This document shows, piece after piece, positions 62,901 through 64,000 of a stretch of 64,000 bases of DNA. Origin of the DNA: Macrostomum lignano (lineage: Eukaryota); NCBI GenBank assembly GCA_002269645.1, contig NIVC01000738.1:124001-188000 (forward strand), in the 5' to 3' direction. Each line of letters starts with the position of its first letter. The first letter of the stretch is position 1. The notes beneath the pieces were generated by a model. The model saw nothing but the letters and a program-made list of their open reading frames with translations. It did not search any database and was not told where the DNA came from. The position numbers and the translations under genes are program-made.

Positions 62901-63454
62901 GACAGCCGCGTCAGCGTGCCCGTCAGGAGCCTTGACCCCGACTGGTGCGAGGCGGAGGCAGGGGCTGCCAGCCAGCGGTTCAGCTCGGTGCTGGCCGCCG
63001 ACTCGGGCTGGCAGCAGCAGCAGGGCAGGTGCAGCTCGCTGGAGAACCTCGCCTTTGGCCGGGACAGCCGCGTCAGCAAGGAGGACAAAGCGGACGCCTT
63101 CCTGCGCAACCTGAGGGCTGCACACCTGTTCCAGTCCTCCCAGGCGGCCACGGTGAGTGCCGGTCTGGCGCACCGATCAGCCACTCGTCCTGGCCCGGTC
63201 TTCAAGCCGCAATCCTTCAAGTGCCGAAGATTCTCTCTGCATCTGTTTGTTAAACTGCCATCGCATTCGCAAATCCGTCAGTCGAAAAAGATTTTGAAAC
63301 TCCAACCGCCCCGCAGTCGCAGGACAACCGGGACAAGCTGCACGACTACCTGAGCCAGTGCGACGAGTGCGGCTTGCCGAGGCACAACAACGAGCTGCTG
63401 AGCGAGATCAGCGCCGACCTGGCGCCCGGGGCCTGGGCCCAGCCCTCCGACAGG
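58472..63454 (+). CDS. 5' part of an unidentified multi-exon gene, tentatively the N-terminal region of a PLEKHG5/7-type RhoGEF; exons 58472-58643, 58968-59026, 60067-60186, 62045-62163, 62906-63152, 63317-63454, continuing past the right edge
   Basis: Six GC-rich exons join in frame through canonical sites (phases 1,0,0,2,0,0). Only a weak recalled likeness (DKLHDYL...GLPR vs KLHTYSLFGLPR); no DH domain lies in the window. Confidence 0.6.
59013..59414. repeat. 34-bp minisatellite spanning a splice donor
   Basis: gtgactctcagccggggtgagtctcgggccggga units. Confidence 0.94.
59885..60042. repeat. (GACA)n microsatellite
   Basis: Direct. Confidence 0.96.
60860..61240. repeat. 22/26-bp minisatellite gccaaagctactctaagaggg(cgag)c
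   Basis: Tandem array. Confidence 0.92.
62495..62805. repeat. 33-bp minisatellite aatcggtgttaactgcaaaccccagcgagccca
   Basis: Tandem array. Confidence 0.94.
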
Positions 63455-63604
63455 GTGAGCCGCGGCAATTTTGGGCTTCGGGAAAATAATGCACCATCAA
63501 AAATGCATTTAGCGTCTCTCGCCGAAACGCTAAAATTTCCGTTTTAGCTGGGTTTCTAAAAATAGGAGTTGGCGTGACAGTGGAATTCGGCTAGTAGTGA
63601 AGAG

Positions 63605-64000
63605 GAACTTTTAGAAAGATAATCAGGGAGTTTCTTGGAAAGATAATCAGGGAGTTTCTTGGAAAGATAATCAGGGAGTTTCTTGGAAAGATATTCAGGG
63701 AGTTTCTTGGAAAGATACTCAGGGAGTTTCTTGGAAAAATACTCAGGGAGTTTCTTGGAAAGATACTCAGGGAGTTTCTTATAAAGATACTCAGGGAGTT
63801 TCTTAGAAAGATACTCAGGGAGTTTCTTAGAAAGATGCTCAGGGAGTTTCTTGGAAAGATACTCAGGGAGTTTCTTGGAAAGATACTCAGAGAGTTTCTT
63901 GGAAAGATACTCAGAGAGTTTCTTGGAAAGATACTCAGGGAGTTTCTTGGAAAGATATTCAGGGAGATTCTGGGAAAGATATTCAGGGAGATTCTGGGAA
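63605..64000. repeat. 24-bp minisatellite ggaaagatactcagggagtttctt
   Basis: Tandem array running to the window end. Confidence 0.94.

Overview
Eukaryotic (metazoan) genomic DNA with spliceosomal GT-AG introns, GC-rich exons and introns packed with minisatellites. The style suggests a free-living flatworm such as Macrostomum, but that is inference only. Genes were reconstructed by hand, with splice phases checked. (1) A divergent DNAH5/8-type axonemal dynein heavy chain on the minus strand: 31 exons from 30297 to 196, 3773 codons in the window, running off the left edge inside the microtubule-binding domain. (2) Mitochondrial ATP synthase beta (5 exons, 33406-40044, +), followed 911 bp later by (3) an intronless ATP synthase subunit g (40956-41285, +). 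(4) A trachealess/NPAS1/3-like bHLH-PAS gene (6 exons, 44309-42365, -) that stops right after PAS-B. (5) A frameshifted Crypton-type tyrosine-recombinase remnant (~51550-52050) inside a cluster of CCATAGAC motifs. (6) The 5' part of an unidentified + strand gene (58472 to past 63454, weakly PLEKHG5-like). Also present are a tRNA-derived SINE, a local tandem duplication and about 30 distinct tandem-repeat arrays. There are no prokaryotic features and no CRISPR array. Most long entries in the ORF track are repeat artefacts.
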